Source of the DNA: a virus
Taxonomy: Duplodnaviria; Caudoviricetes
Strand: one strand, 5' to 3'
IMG/VR virus record: IMGVR_UViG_3300036855_000043
Coordinates: 1 to 35,324 of that record
Length of the DNA stretch: 35,324 nucleotides
Part shown: positions 8,231 through 15,781 of the stretch, one piece after another
Layout of the letters: each line of letters opens with the position of its first letter
How positions within the stretch are numbered: the stretch's first letter is position 1
Position numbers and translations under genes: made by a program
The notes under the pieces: model-generated
The model's database searches: none
What the model saw: only the letters and a program-made list of their open reading frames with translations
What the model was told of the DNA's origin: nothing

Positions 8231-9268
8231 GTGGCACGTCGTAGCCGGCACGGCGAAGGCACCTGGTATCCAGATCGCGTCAACGGTCGCTACGTCGCGA
8301 AGTACCGCGGCCACAAGGCCTACGCCAAGCCGAACACCATCGAGGGTGCGAAGCTCACGCTCGAGGCGCTGCGGCGCAAGTACGGTCGCAACGACTACAG
8401 CCCCGCCAAAGGCTCGGTCGACGACTACCTGCGCGACTGGCTCGACACGCTGCAGGGCGTCGAGGCCTCGACCAAGGTGAGCTACGCCGGCCACGTCAAC
8501 CACCACATCAGTCCCCTCATCGGCACGATCCCGGTCGTCGACCTGCGCCCGTCGGACGTCCGCGCGCTCATCGCCGATCGCCTGGCCGCCGGGCTGTCAG
8601 CTGCGACCGTGCGCCGGATCCACTCGACGCTCCACGCAGCGCTCGGCCAGGGCGTGCGCGAGCGGACGCTGCACGACAACGCCGCCCACGGCGTGACGCT
8701 GCCGAAGGTCGAGGAGAAGCTCGTGCCGGCGATGACCGAGGCGGACGCCGAGGCGATCCGCGGCGCGGTCAAGGGCACGTTCCTCGAGGCGCTCGTCGAG
8801 CTGCTCCTCGGTTCTGGCCTGCGCCTCGGTGAGGCGCTCGGCCTCAACCAGGACGACGTCAAGGGTCGCGTCGTCTGGGTGCGCAAGACGAAGGGCCGCA
8901 AGCGTGCCGTGGCCATCAGCGAGGACGCGGCCGCGGCGCTCGCTGAGCACATCGCCGAGCTCAAGGTGCGCGGCCCCGAGGAGCCGGTCTTCTTCGGCCC
9001 GCGATCGGGACGCCGACTCAACGGCTGGACCGTGACTCACGCCTTCCCGCGGATCCTGCAGGACGCTGGTCTGGCGCGGCTCAACCCGCACGGCACGCGG
9101 CACGGCGTGGCCACGATGCTGCTCGCCCAGGGCGTGCCGATGAAGCACGTCAGTGAGCAGCTCGGCCATCGATCGATCACGACGACTGACCGCTTCTACG
9201 CCCACGTGGCGCCCGAGCACCTCCAGGGTGAAGTGCAGCTGCTGAACCGGAGGAAGAAGGCAGAGTGA
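8231..9268 (+). CDS. int: Tyrosine integrase
   Basis: N-terminal arm-binding RRSRHGEGT; catalytic GLRLGE, K, HGTRH, LGH, Y (DRFYAH). Confidence 0.95.
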   Translation: MARRSRHGEGTWYPDRVNGRYVAKYRGHKAYAKPNTIEGAKLTLEALRRKYGRNDYSPAKGSVDDYLRDWLDTLQGVEASTKVSYAGHVNHHISPLIGTIPVVDLRPSDVRALIADRLAAGLSAATVRRIHSTLHAALGQGVRERTLHDNAAHGVTLPKVEEKLVPAMTEADAEAIRGAVKGTFLEALVELLLGSGLRLGEALGLNQDDVKGRVVWVRKTKGRKRAVAISEDAAAALAEHIAELKVRGPEEPVFFGPRSGRRLNGWTVTHAFPRILQDAGLARLNPHGTRHGVATMLLAQGVPMKHVSEQLGHRSITTTDRFYAHVAPEHLQGEVQLLNRRKKAE

Positions 9269-9723
9269 AGCCATCTGAGGTCGTGGTCGTCCCTGGCAGA
9301 AAGAAGCGGCCGCACAACACGGGCACGGTCTTCTTCGACAGAACTAACGGGCATTGGATTGCTCGGATGTCTCTCCCTGGTGGCCGCCGCATCCAGCACG
9401 CTCGTCGAACCGAGGAGTTGGCCTGGCGAGCCCTTGACGAGCTGTTTGCGACCACGGCGATATCTGACGACGCGAACGTCCAGCCGGTCGGTCGGCGGCA
9501 CCTGCCTCCTGCCGCGCGCTTCGCCGTGCTCGAACGCGACGGCTTCCGCTGTCGCTATTGCGGCAATACGGCGGCTCACTCTCGGCTGACGGTTGACCAC
9601 GTCCTCTCCGTAAGGAACGGTGGCTCGGATGACCCTTCGAACCTTGTGACGGCGTGTATCGATTGCAACCGTGCAAAGCAGTCGGCCAGCGTCGATCCCT
9701 CTCTGATCCCGGCCCTAGAATGA
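9265..9723 (+). CDS. HNH endonuclease with an integrase-arm-like N-terminal domain
   Basis: RFAVLERDGFRCRYCG..LTVDHV..GGSDDPSNLVTACIDCNRAK; N-terminus RPHNTGTVFFDRTNGHWIAR. Confidence 0.85.
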   Translation: MKPSEVVVVPGRKKRPHNTGTVFFDRTNGHWIARMSLPGGRRIQHARRTEELAWRALDELFATTAISDDANVQPVGRRHLPPAARFAVLERDGFRCRYCGNTAAHSRLTVDHVLSVRNGGSDDPSNLVTACIDCNRAKQSASVDPSLIPALE

Positions 9724-9944
9724 GCATCCGAGACGCGAATTGGTCTAAGAGTTGGTCTACCCGACCAGCGGCCGCGGCCGATTCCACGCTCGCGGTGGCC
9801 TTAGCTCAACCGGCAGAGCATCGGACTGTGGATCATCTGCGCGGCCTTTTCGCGCGGAACCTTCCGAGTGTCAGCCCGCGCCATGCTGTGCCATTCAGGG
9901 CCTGCCTGGGCGCGAATTGGTCTGCTGAATTGGTCTACTCGTGA
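9720..9944 (+). CDS. 74-aa ORF spanning attP (putative translational-coupling bridge)
   Basis: ATG overlaps the HNH stop (ATGA 9720-9723); its stop overlaps the LuxR-HTH GTG (GTGA 9941-9944); no recognisable domain. Confidence 0.45.
   Translation: MSIRDANWSKSWSTRPAAAADSTLAVALAQPAEHRTVDHLRGLFARNLPSVSPRHAVPFRACLGANWSAELVYS
9734..9938 (+). other. attP: tRNA-His 5'-half core flanked by two pairs of arm-type direct repeats
   Basis: GA(A/G)TTGGTCT at 9737, 9749, 9914 and 9927 around a tRNA fragment, about 0.5 kb downstream of int. Confidence 0.85.
9794..9834 (+). pseudogene. 5' half of tRNA-His(GUG) (att core; not a complete tRNA)
   Basis: G-GTGGCCT-TA-GCTC-AACCGGCA-GAGC-A-TCGGA-CT-GTG-GA-TC: acceptor 5' strand with G-1, D arm, anticodon GTG at 9828-9830; no T arm or 3' strand follows. 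Confidence 0.88.
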
Positions 9945-10156
9945 ACACCGCCGTCTACAACGGCGCCCGTCGCGCCGGCTGCACGCCGCGCGAGTCCGAG
10001 CTGCTCGCCGTCTACGTCGAGTCCGAGAAGATGGCGAACGCGGCCCTCGAGCTCGGCATCAGCCTTCACACCGCTAAGAACACGATGACCAAGGTTTATC
10101 GCCGGCTCGACGTCGGCCATGCCGCAGCGGCTGTTGCGCGGGTGATGTCGGCTTAG
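9941..10156 (+). CDS. Stand-alone LuxR/GerE-type HTH regulator
   Basis: CTPRESELL...AALELGISLHTAKNTMTKVYRRLDV fits the LuxR C-terminal HTH. Confidence 0.85.
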   Translation: MNTAVYNGARRAGCTPRESELLAVYVESEKMANAALELGISLHTAKNTMTKVYRRLDVGHAAAAVARVMSA

Positions 10157-10274
10157 ACGAAAGTCACGGGTTTTATTCGTGCGAGTACTACCCGGACGTT
10201 TAAACGGCGTTGCATAGAACCCTTGGACAGTGCATAAGGGTCGCAGTGTGCATCTCCTCCTCCCCCTCGGCGTC

Positions 10275-10304
10275 GACCGGCCGGCCTCCCCTTGCCGGCC
10301 GGTC
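10275..10304 (+). promoter_or_regulatory. 11-bp GC stem-loop ahead of the lysis-position cassette
   Basis: GACCGGCCGGC-ctcccctt-GCCGGCCGGTC perfect stem; no U tract. Confidence 0.55.
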
Positions 10305-10321
10305 ATCCTGCTGGGCGGCCT

Positions 10322-10660
10322 GTGGATGAGGCGACGTCTCGGCGGGGGAACGACTACGTCACGGTCCGTGAGTGGGCCCGGGGACGAGCCGACGACGAGC
10401 GCCAAACGCAGCGCGACCGCGATGTCGCGCTCGGCTTGAGCGAGGAACGCATCATGGCCGCCCTCAACACGCACATCCGCATCAGCCAGGACGCGCACAA
10501 GGCCCAGGACGACCGCATCGTCAAGCTCGCCGACGGCATCGACCACATCGACTCGGCGCTCGACCAGCAGCGCGGCGCGCGGAACATCCTGCTTTTCCTA
10601 GTCGGCACAAGCGTCGTCCAGGTCATCGCCCTGGTCATCACCATCCTGGTCGTGCACTGA
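10322..10660 (+). CDS. Coiled-coil protein with C-terminal TM helix (lysis-cassette membrane protein)
   Basis: Heptad-like middle and hydrophobic tail ILLFLVGTSVVQVIALVITILVVH; start codon uncertain. Confidence 0.75.
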   Translation: MDEATSRRGNDYVTVREWARGRADDERQTQRDRDVALGLSEERIMAALNTHIRISQDAHKAQDDRIVKLADGIDHIDSALDQQRGARNILLFLVGTSVVQVIALVITILVVH

Positions 10661-11391
10661 TGAACGAGAACGCGGTGGTCAAGCCAGGCGCCATCCAGAC
10701 CGTGACCGTCGGGGCGTTCTCCATCACCGGCACGCCGGCGCTCATCGCCAAGATCAGCGACATGGCCAAGCACGTTTCCGACGTGCTCGGCGATCGCATC
10801 AAGAACGTCCAGGTCGGCTTCTACTCGGCGGCGCTGATGCCCAGGCGCGCCGATGGCGGGCCGTCGGTCGGCTACACGCCGAACCCGCACAAGATCATGC
10901 TCTGGCAGGCGCTCGTGCACCACGTGCCCGAGACGTTCGCCCACGAGTGCTGCCATGTCCTCGACGGCCAGTGGATGACCACCGAGCAGCGCCAGGACAT
11001 CATGGCCCTCGAGGTGCCGCCGGCGACAAAGTGGCAGTCGGCCGACTACGACCACGAGGGCTGCGAGAACTTCGCGTGCTACGGCTCGGGCGCCCTCTTC
11101 GGCGTGCAGCCTGCCTGGCAGCGCTTCTACCTCGACCCTGTCCCGACGTCGGCGTGGCCGCAGCTCGCCGCGATGGCCCTCAAGGATTACGGCGCGCCGG
11201 TCCCGGTGCCTCCGCCCGATCCGACACCGCCGGATCCGGTCGACCTGCAGGCCCAGATCGACGAGCTGTCCGCCCAGCTCACGCAGTCGGCGTCCGCACT
11301 GCAGTCGTGCCAGAACGATCGCACCAACGCCCTGAACACCATCGCCCAGCTCAACACCAAGATCGCCGCGGCGAAGACGGCGCTGACATGA
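10660..11391 (+). CDS. HExxH zinc metallopeptidase (zincin) with Pro linker and C-terminal coiled coil, in the endolysin position
   Basis: TFAHECCHVLD at 10942-10956 plus downstream CENFA; PVPPPDPTPPDP linker; TGATG and ATGA overlaps. Confidence 0.8.
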   Translation: MNENAVVKPGAIQTVTVGAFSITGTPALIAKISDMAKHVSDVLGDRIKNVQVGFYSAALMPRRADGGPSVGYTPNPHKIMLWQALVHHVPETFAHECCHVLDGQWMTTEQRQDIMALEVPPATKWQSADYDHEGCENFACYGSGALFGVQPAWQRFYLDPVPTSAWPQLAAMALKDYGAPVPVPPPDPTPPDPVDLQAQIDELSAQLTQSASALQSCQNDRTNALNTIAQLNTKIAAAKTALT

Positions 11392-11717
11392 ACGAGCCAC
11401 TTGTCGTCGCGGCGACTCCCGAGCTTGATTGGATGTCGATCGACGACGTGATCTGGCTGTCTTGGATGAAGCCCGCTCCGGAGCCGCTCGCCGCCCGGTC
11501 AGACGAGGCGCACGGCATTCTCGACGGCAACCTGCTCGAGGCACACCACCCGGTCGAGCCCGTGAAGCGCAAGCATGGCCTGGGCTGGATCGACGTGACG
11601 TCCGGTACGCGACACAAGATCGTGCAGCTTGAACCGCTGACGATCACGGCGTCGATCGCCTGCGAGGGCTGCGCGTTCCACGGCTTCATCACCGACGGTC
11701 ACTGGGTGCCGGCGTGA
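11388..11717 (+). CDS. Small Cys/His protein (DUF6527-like)
   Basis: C-terminal PLTITASIACEGCAFHGFITDGHW motif. Confidence 0.7.
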   Translation: MNEPLVVAATPELDWMSIDDVIWLSWMKPAPEPLAARSDEAHGILDGNLLEAHHPVEPVKRKHGLGWIDVTSGTRHKIVQLEPLTITASIACEGCAFHGFITDGHWVPA

Positions 11718-11860
11718 TCGCCACCCTGCTGCTCGGCCTGCTCGTCCTGGTCCTGCTGCTCGCGGGCTTCGCCATCGTCGATAGCAACGGCCGCTCGCCT
11801 CTCGGCTGGGCGGTCGCAATCGTCGCCATTGTGCTCATCGTCTGGAGGTTGCCGTCATGA
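11714..11860 (+). CDS. 48-aa two-TM membrane protein (holin-like); not in the ORF track
   Basis: MIATLLLGLLVLVLLLAGFAIVDSNGRSPLGWAVAIVAIVLIVWRLPS; GTGA and ATGA overlaps. Confidence 0.75.
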   Translation: MIATLLLGLLVLVLLLAGFAIVDSNGRSPLGWAVAIVAIVLIVWRLPS

Positions 11861-12159
11861 CGCTCAGACAGGATCCCGCGACGCTCACCCGCAGCCAGCG
11901 CATTCGCGTCTGGATCGGGACGTTCATCGTCGACTACGTCGAGACATTCCTCGGCCTCGTGCCCGCGCAGCTGCTCATCGCGTTCGCGGTGCCGACCAGC
12001 TCGATCACCGACGCAACGGCTTCGGTGTACGCGTGGGCCATCCAGCTCGGTGCGCCGGCACTCGCCGCCCTGGTCTCGGCCGGTCGACGAGCTCTGGCGA
12101 ACGCTTGGCCGGCGCTCAAGGCGTTCTTCGCGTCCGGCTTCGGCGCCATCAAGTCGTGA
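11857..12159 (+). CDS. Putative holin / membrane protein
   Basis: Two or more hydrophobic segments, 100 aa, GGAGG RBS, in the same cassette. Confidence 0.65.
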   Translation: MTLRQDPATLTRSQRIRVWIGTFIVDYVETFLGLVPAQLLIAFAVPTSSITDATASVYAWAIQLGAPALAALVSAGRRALANAWPALKAFFASGFGAIKS

Positions 12160-12719
12160 CCGCCGTCAACGCCCGGCGTGACCAGCTCGAGCGCCCGTTT
12201 CGCGTCGACCACGAGCTGCGCAACGCCGAGCTCGCCGTCACGCGAGCCGCGATGCCCAAGGACCTGCCCGCGCTGCTGCGTTGGTTCGAGGAGCTGTGGG
12301 CGCTCGAGATCCCCGAGGAGCTGCACAGCTCGGCCATCTGGCGCGATCGCGTGTCGCCGTCCGAGCTCAAGGCAGGCGTACGCCCGGTCGGCTCGTCCGA
12401 GACCGGCGCCCTGGCCTACGCCGACGAGTTCCGCCGCCGCCTCGAGAACGGACCGTCCGAGGTCGACGGCGCGGATCCGGCGACTGCCGGCAGCGGCCGC
12501 GTGTACTACGCCCGACCGATTGCCGCGGCGCTCAGCCGCATCAGCCGCAAGGGCAAGCCGCTCATGGCGAGGACGCTGATCGCGATCGGCCTGGCAGGTT
12601 TCGACTGGCGGGCGGTCGCCGATCGCGGCAGCTGGCCGCACGAGATGTTCGAGGTCTATGCCCGCGAATCGCTCATCCGCCTGTGGTTCGAGCATCGCGA
12701 ATGGGTGAGGTCCGACTAG
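12156..12719 (+). CDS. Hypothetical protein (possible late-transcription regulator)
   Basis: GTGA overlap; helical; followed by a TACAAT element; function inferred from position only. Confidence 0.65.
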   Translation: MTAVNARRDQLERPFRVDHELRNAELAVTRAAMPKDLPALLRWFEELWALEIPEELHSSAIWRDRVSPSELKAGVRPVGSSETGALAYADEFRRRLENGPSEVDGADPATAGSGRVYYARPIAAALSRISRKGKPLMARTLIAIGLAGFDWRAVADRGSWPHEMFEVYARESLIRLWFEHREWVRSD

Positions 12720-12729
12720 CGGAGGCGCC

Positions 12730-12735
12730 TACAAT
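12730..12735 (+). promoter_or_regulatory. Candidate -10 element upstream of the packaging/morphogenesis genes
   Basis: TACAAT in the intergenic gap; no consensus -35 at normal spacing. Confidence 0.4.
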
Positions 12736-13035
12736 GCGCGACCAATGGCAGCGGCCGGCGACGGCGACCGCAAGGGCGAGGCAGATGCCCGGGGCCGACA
12801 GCTCCGTTAGGCGCGCCTCGTGAACGTCCAGCCCGCCCATCCGCCGGCACCCCCGAAGCCGCCTCACCCGGTTGGCCACCACCACCCGACGCACGGCAAG
12901 CACGGCCAGCCACCGGGTCATCACGCGCCCTCCCACCCATCCAGTGGCGGCAGCAGCCCGGCCAGGCCAAACCGGCCGCCAAAGCCGCACAAGCCGCCGC
13001 ATCCCGCTAAGCAGTCAGCACCGCTCGGAGTGGAC

Positions 13036-13305
13036 ATGACGAATCAGGGCGAACAGCCAGACCAGATCGACCAGGCAGTAGCGGCCGCCGGCCAGGTGCG
13101 CGGCGTCGTCACCGAGGTGATGCTCACGCGACCGAACGGCGACCAGTGCAAGGTCGGTTTCGTCGTCCCGGAGGACCTGCAGCCGGGCGACATCCTGGCC
13201 ATCTCGGAATCGCTGAACCGACACCTGCGTGCCGTGCTCGCGATGGCCGACGCCAAGCGCGGCCCGGGTCTCCTCCTCGCTCGCGGGGCGCTGCCCAAGA
13301 ATTGA
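13036..13305 (+). CDS. Hypothetical protein (frame open upstream to 12820 as a Pro/His-rich segment)
   Basis: GGAG before ATG 13036; GC3-rich codons; TTGA overlap with the HNH gene. Confidence 0.7.
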   Translation: MTNQGEQPDQIDQAVAAAGQVRGVVTEVMLTRPNGDQCKVGFVVPEDLQPGDILAISESLNRHLRAVLAMADAKRGPGLLLARGALPKN

Positions 13306-13580
13306 GGGTCTGCAGCCGGCCCGGCTGCCCGCGCCTGGTCCAGAAGGGTTACTGCCCGGAGCACGACCCGCGGCCGGCGCTGTACGGCCGAAAAAGCGGC
13401 GGCTGGCGGCAGCACTCGGAGCGCCAACGTGCGCGTGACCGGCAGTGCGTCGTCCGCGGTTGCGGGTCGCAGGATTTGACCGTGGACCACGAAAGCGGAG
13501 CGACCATCTGTCGCTCGCACCACCTCAAGCTCGAGGCGCAACGTCGACGCGGCGAGCCGACGATGCTCGACTGGAGGTAG
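13302..13580 (+). CDS. Terminase-associated HNH endonuclease (compact)
   Basis: CSRPGCPRLV..YCPEH; ARDRQC..C..LTVDH..CRSHH; immediately upstream of terS. Confidence 0.78.
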   Translation: MRVCSRPGCPRLVQKGYCPEHDPRPALYGRKSGGWRQHSERQRARDRQCVVRGCGSQDLTVDHESGATICRSHHLKLEAQRRRGEPTMLDWR

Positions 13581-13582
13581 CG

Positions 13583-14002
13583 ATGTCCGGGCCAATGCCG
13601 AAATCTCCGGACAACCGCGCCCGCCGGCGGGAGCCGATCGTCGAGCTCGAGGCCGCCGAGCCGCTCAAGGAGAAGCCGCCGATCCCCGATGGCGAGTGGC
13701 ACCCGCTGGCCGTCGCCTGGTGGAATGACTTCTGGGCGTCGCCCCAGGCGAAGCTCGTGACGTCGCTGGGCAAGTACCAGGTCATCGACCTGATGATCGA
13801 TCGCCACCTCTTCTACACGAACCCGACCGAGCGCATGGGCCAGCGCATCGCGGTCCTCGAGGAGGCGCTGCTCATCAGCACCGCCTCGATGCGCCGCAAC
13901 AACATCAAGGTCCCGGTCGCCGAGCCAGAGAAGACAGACAAGCCGAAGCGAGCCGCCACGGCGTCACGCGATCCGCGCAAGAGACTGCGCGTCGTCTCGT
14001 GA
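13583..14002 (+). CDS. terS: Terminase small subunit
   Basis: GPMPK..RARR..PP..WHPLAVAWWNDFWASPQA pattern; GGAGGT RBS; overlaps terL. Confidence 0.85.
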   Translation: MSGPMPKSPDNRARRREPIVELEAAEPLKEKPPIPDGEWHPLAVAWWNDFWASPQAKLVTSLGKYQVIDLMIDRHLFYTNPTERMGQRIAVLEEALLISTASMRRNNIKVPVAEPEKTDKPKRAATASRDPRKRLRVVS

Positions 14003-15630
14003 CGGCGCTGGTCACGCCGGCGGCTGAGCGGCGACCGTGGCCCAGCCTCGGCGGCCAGGTGTGCGACTTCATCCGCGACTACCTGGTCTTCGGCCCGGGC
14101 GACCGCCTGGGTGAGCCGGCCGAGATCGACGAAGAGACCGAGTGGCTCATCTGGCGGTTGTACGAGGTATACCCGCGCGGCCACGCGCTAGCCGGCCGGC
14201 GACGATTCCAACGTGGCGGGCTGTCGCTGCGCAAGGGCCTGGCCAAGACCGAGAAGGCCGCCTGGATCACGGCCGTGGAGCTGCACGTTGAAGGACCTGT
14301 GCGCTGCACCGGCTGGCGCCGCAACGAGCCGATCGGCGGGCCGGTCAACGACCCCTACATCCCGATGCTCGCCGCCTCAATCGACCAGACCGAGGACATC
14401 AGCTACGGCGCGCTGAAGGCGATCCTCGAGAACTCGTCGATCGCGCGCGACTTCGAGATCACCGAGGGCTACGTCAGGCGCGCCGTGGGCAGCGGCGAGG
14501 CCAAGCCGGTCACCGACTCTCCGCGATCGCGCGACGCGGCACGCGTCTCGTTCATCCACTTCGACGAGACGCACAACCTCGACAACCCGCGCCTGGTCAG
14601 GGTCCACCAGACGATGGTGCTCAACCTGCCGAAGCTGCTCAAGACCGACGCCTGGGCGCTCGAGACAGGCAACCGCGGCGTGCCGGGATCCGGGTCGGTC
14701 GCCGAGAACACGGAAGATTACGCGCGGAAAGTCGACGTCGGCGAGATCCACGACAGCAAGCTCTTCTACTTCGGGCGCTGGGCGAACGAGAAGATCGACA
14801 TCAGCACCGAGCTCGGGCTGCGCGCGGCGATCGCCGATTCGACCGGGCCGTACATGAGCTACACGAACACCGACGGCATCATCGGCCTGTTCCAGGATCC
14901 GCGGCTCGATCGCGGCCTGCTCGAGCAGCGCTGGCTGAACCGCCGGCGCCAGCCGACGAGCGCCGCCTTCGACGTCGACGCCTGGAAGCGCAACTGCGTG
15001 AAGTTCGCCAAGGACCACCCGGGCTACCGGATCCCGAAGGGCGCTCGCGTCGTGGCTGGCTACGACGGCTCACGGCGCAACGACCACACCGGCCTGCTGA
15101 TCGGCGAGCTCGAGACGGGCTTCATCCAGCGCCTCGGCTGGTGGGATCCGAAGCGCTTCGCAGGCGAGATACCGAGCCACCTCGTGGACATCGCGATCGA
15201 CGAGATGTTCGACGGCTTCGACGTCTGGCGGCTGTACGCCGATCCGTGGGGTTGGGCAGACACGATCGCTCGCTGGGCCGGCAAGTACGGCAAGGATCGC
15301 GTCATCGAGTGGTACACGAACCGCGACCGTCTGTGGGGCATCGCCTGCGCCAACTTCGCCGAGGCGATCGCCAGCGGCGAGGTCTACGGCGACCCCGAGG
15401 ACCGGATGCTCGAGACCCACATCGGCAATGCCCGCAAGCGGCCTGTGAACGCGCACAACGACCAGAACGAGCGGCTCTGGGCCATCGACAAGGAACGCTC
15501 CGATTCGGAGCTGAAGATCGACCTCTCGGCGGCCGCGGTGCTCACCTGGGAGGCGCACGGCGACGCCATCGCCGCCGGGATCCTGCGTCCGCCAGCAGAA
15601 GCACCTGTCTACTTCGTGCCCGTCTCGTGA
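13999..15630 (+). CDS. terL: Terminase large subunit
   Basis: RKGLAKTE (Walker A), FIHFDETH (Walker B), AGYDGS..D nuclease motif, KIDLSAA. Confidence 0.93.
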   Translation: MTALVTPAAERRPWPSLGGQVCDFIRDYLVFGPGDRLGEPAEIDEETEWLIWRLYEVYPRGHALAGRRRFQRGGLSLRKGLAKTEKAAWITAVELHVEGPVRCTGWRRNEPIGGPVNDPYIPMLAASIDQTEDISYGALKAILENSSIARDFEITEGYVRRAVGSGEAKPVTDSPRSRDAARVSFIHFDETHNLDNPRLVRVHQTMVLNLPKLLKTDAWALETGNRGVPGSGSVAENTEDYARKVDVGEIHDSKLFYFGRWANEKIDISTELGLRAAIADSTGPYMSYTNTDGIIGLFQDPRLDRGLLEQRWLNRRRQPTSAAFDVDAWKRNCVKFAKDHPGYRIPKGARVVAGYDGSRRNDHTGLLIGELETGFIQRLGWWDPKRFAGEIPSHLVDIAIDEMFDGFDVWRLYADPWGWADTIARWAGKYGKDRVIEWYTNRDRLWGIACANFAEAIASGEVYGDPEDRMLETHIGNARKRPVNAHNDQNERLWAIDKERSDSELKIDLSAAAVLTWEAHGDAIAAGILRPPAEAPVYFVPVS

Positions 15631-15637
15631 GGTACCG

Positions 15638-15781
15638 ATGCCACGCCTGGCCACGCTCATCGAAATCAGCGGGTACGCGCTCGCGGTCGTCTTCGCGCTG
15701 GTCGTCGATCCGCGGATCCTGATCGCGGAGGCGGCGATAGGCCTGGTCGCCCTCGGCCAGGAAATGGGTAAGCGCCCGTGA
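15638..15781 (+). CDS. 47-aa membrane protein between terL and portal; not in the ORF track
   Basis: MPRLATLIEISGYALAVVFALVVDPRILIAEAAIGLVALGQEMGKRP; GAGGT RBS; GTGA overlap with portal. Confidence 0.7.
   Translation: MPRLATLIEISGYALAVVFALVVDPRILIAEAAIGLVALGQEMGKRP

Noticed and set aside
9794-9870. Complete or intron-split tRNA-His gene
   Set aside because: No T arm, 3' acceptor strand or CCA found downstream; treated as att core.
12736-12820. Riboswitch or structured ncRNA after the TACAAT element
   Set aside because: Only a short CC-GCAA-GG hairpin is visible; I cannot match a known family by eye.
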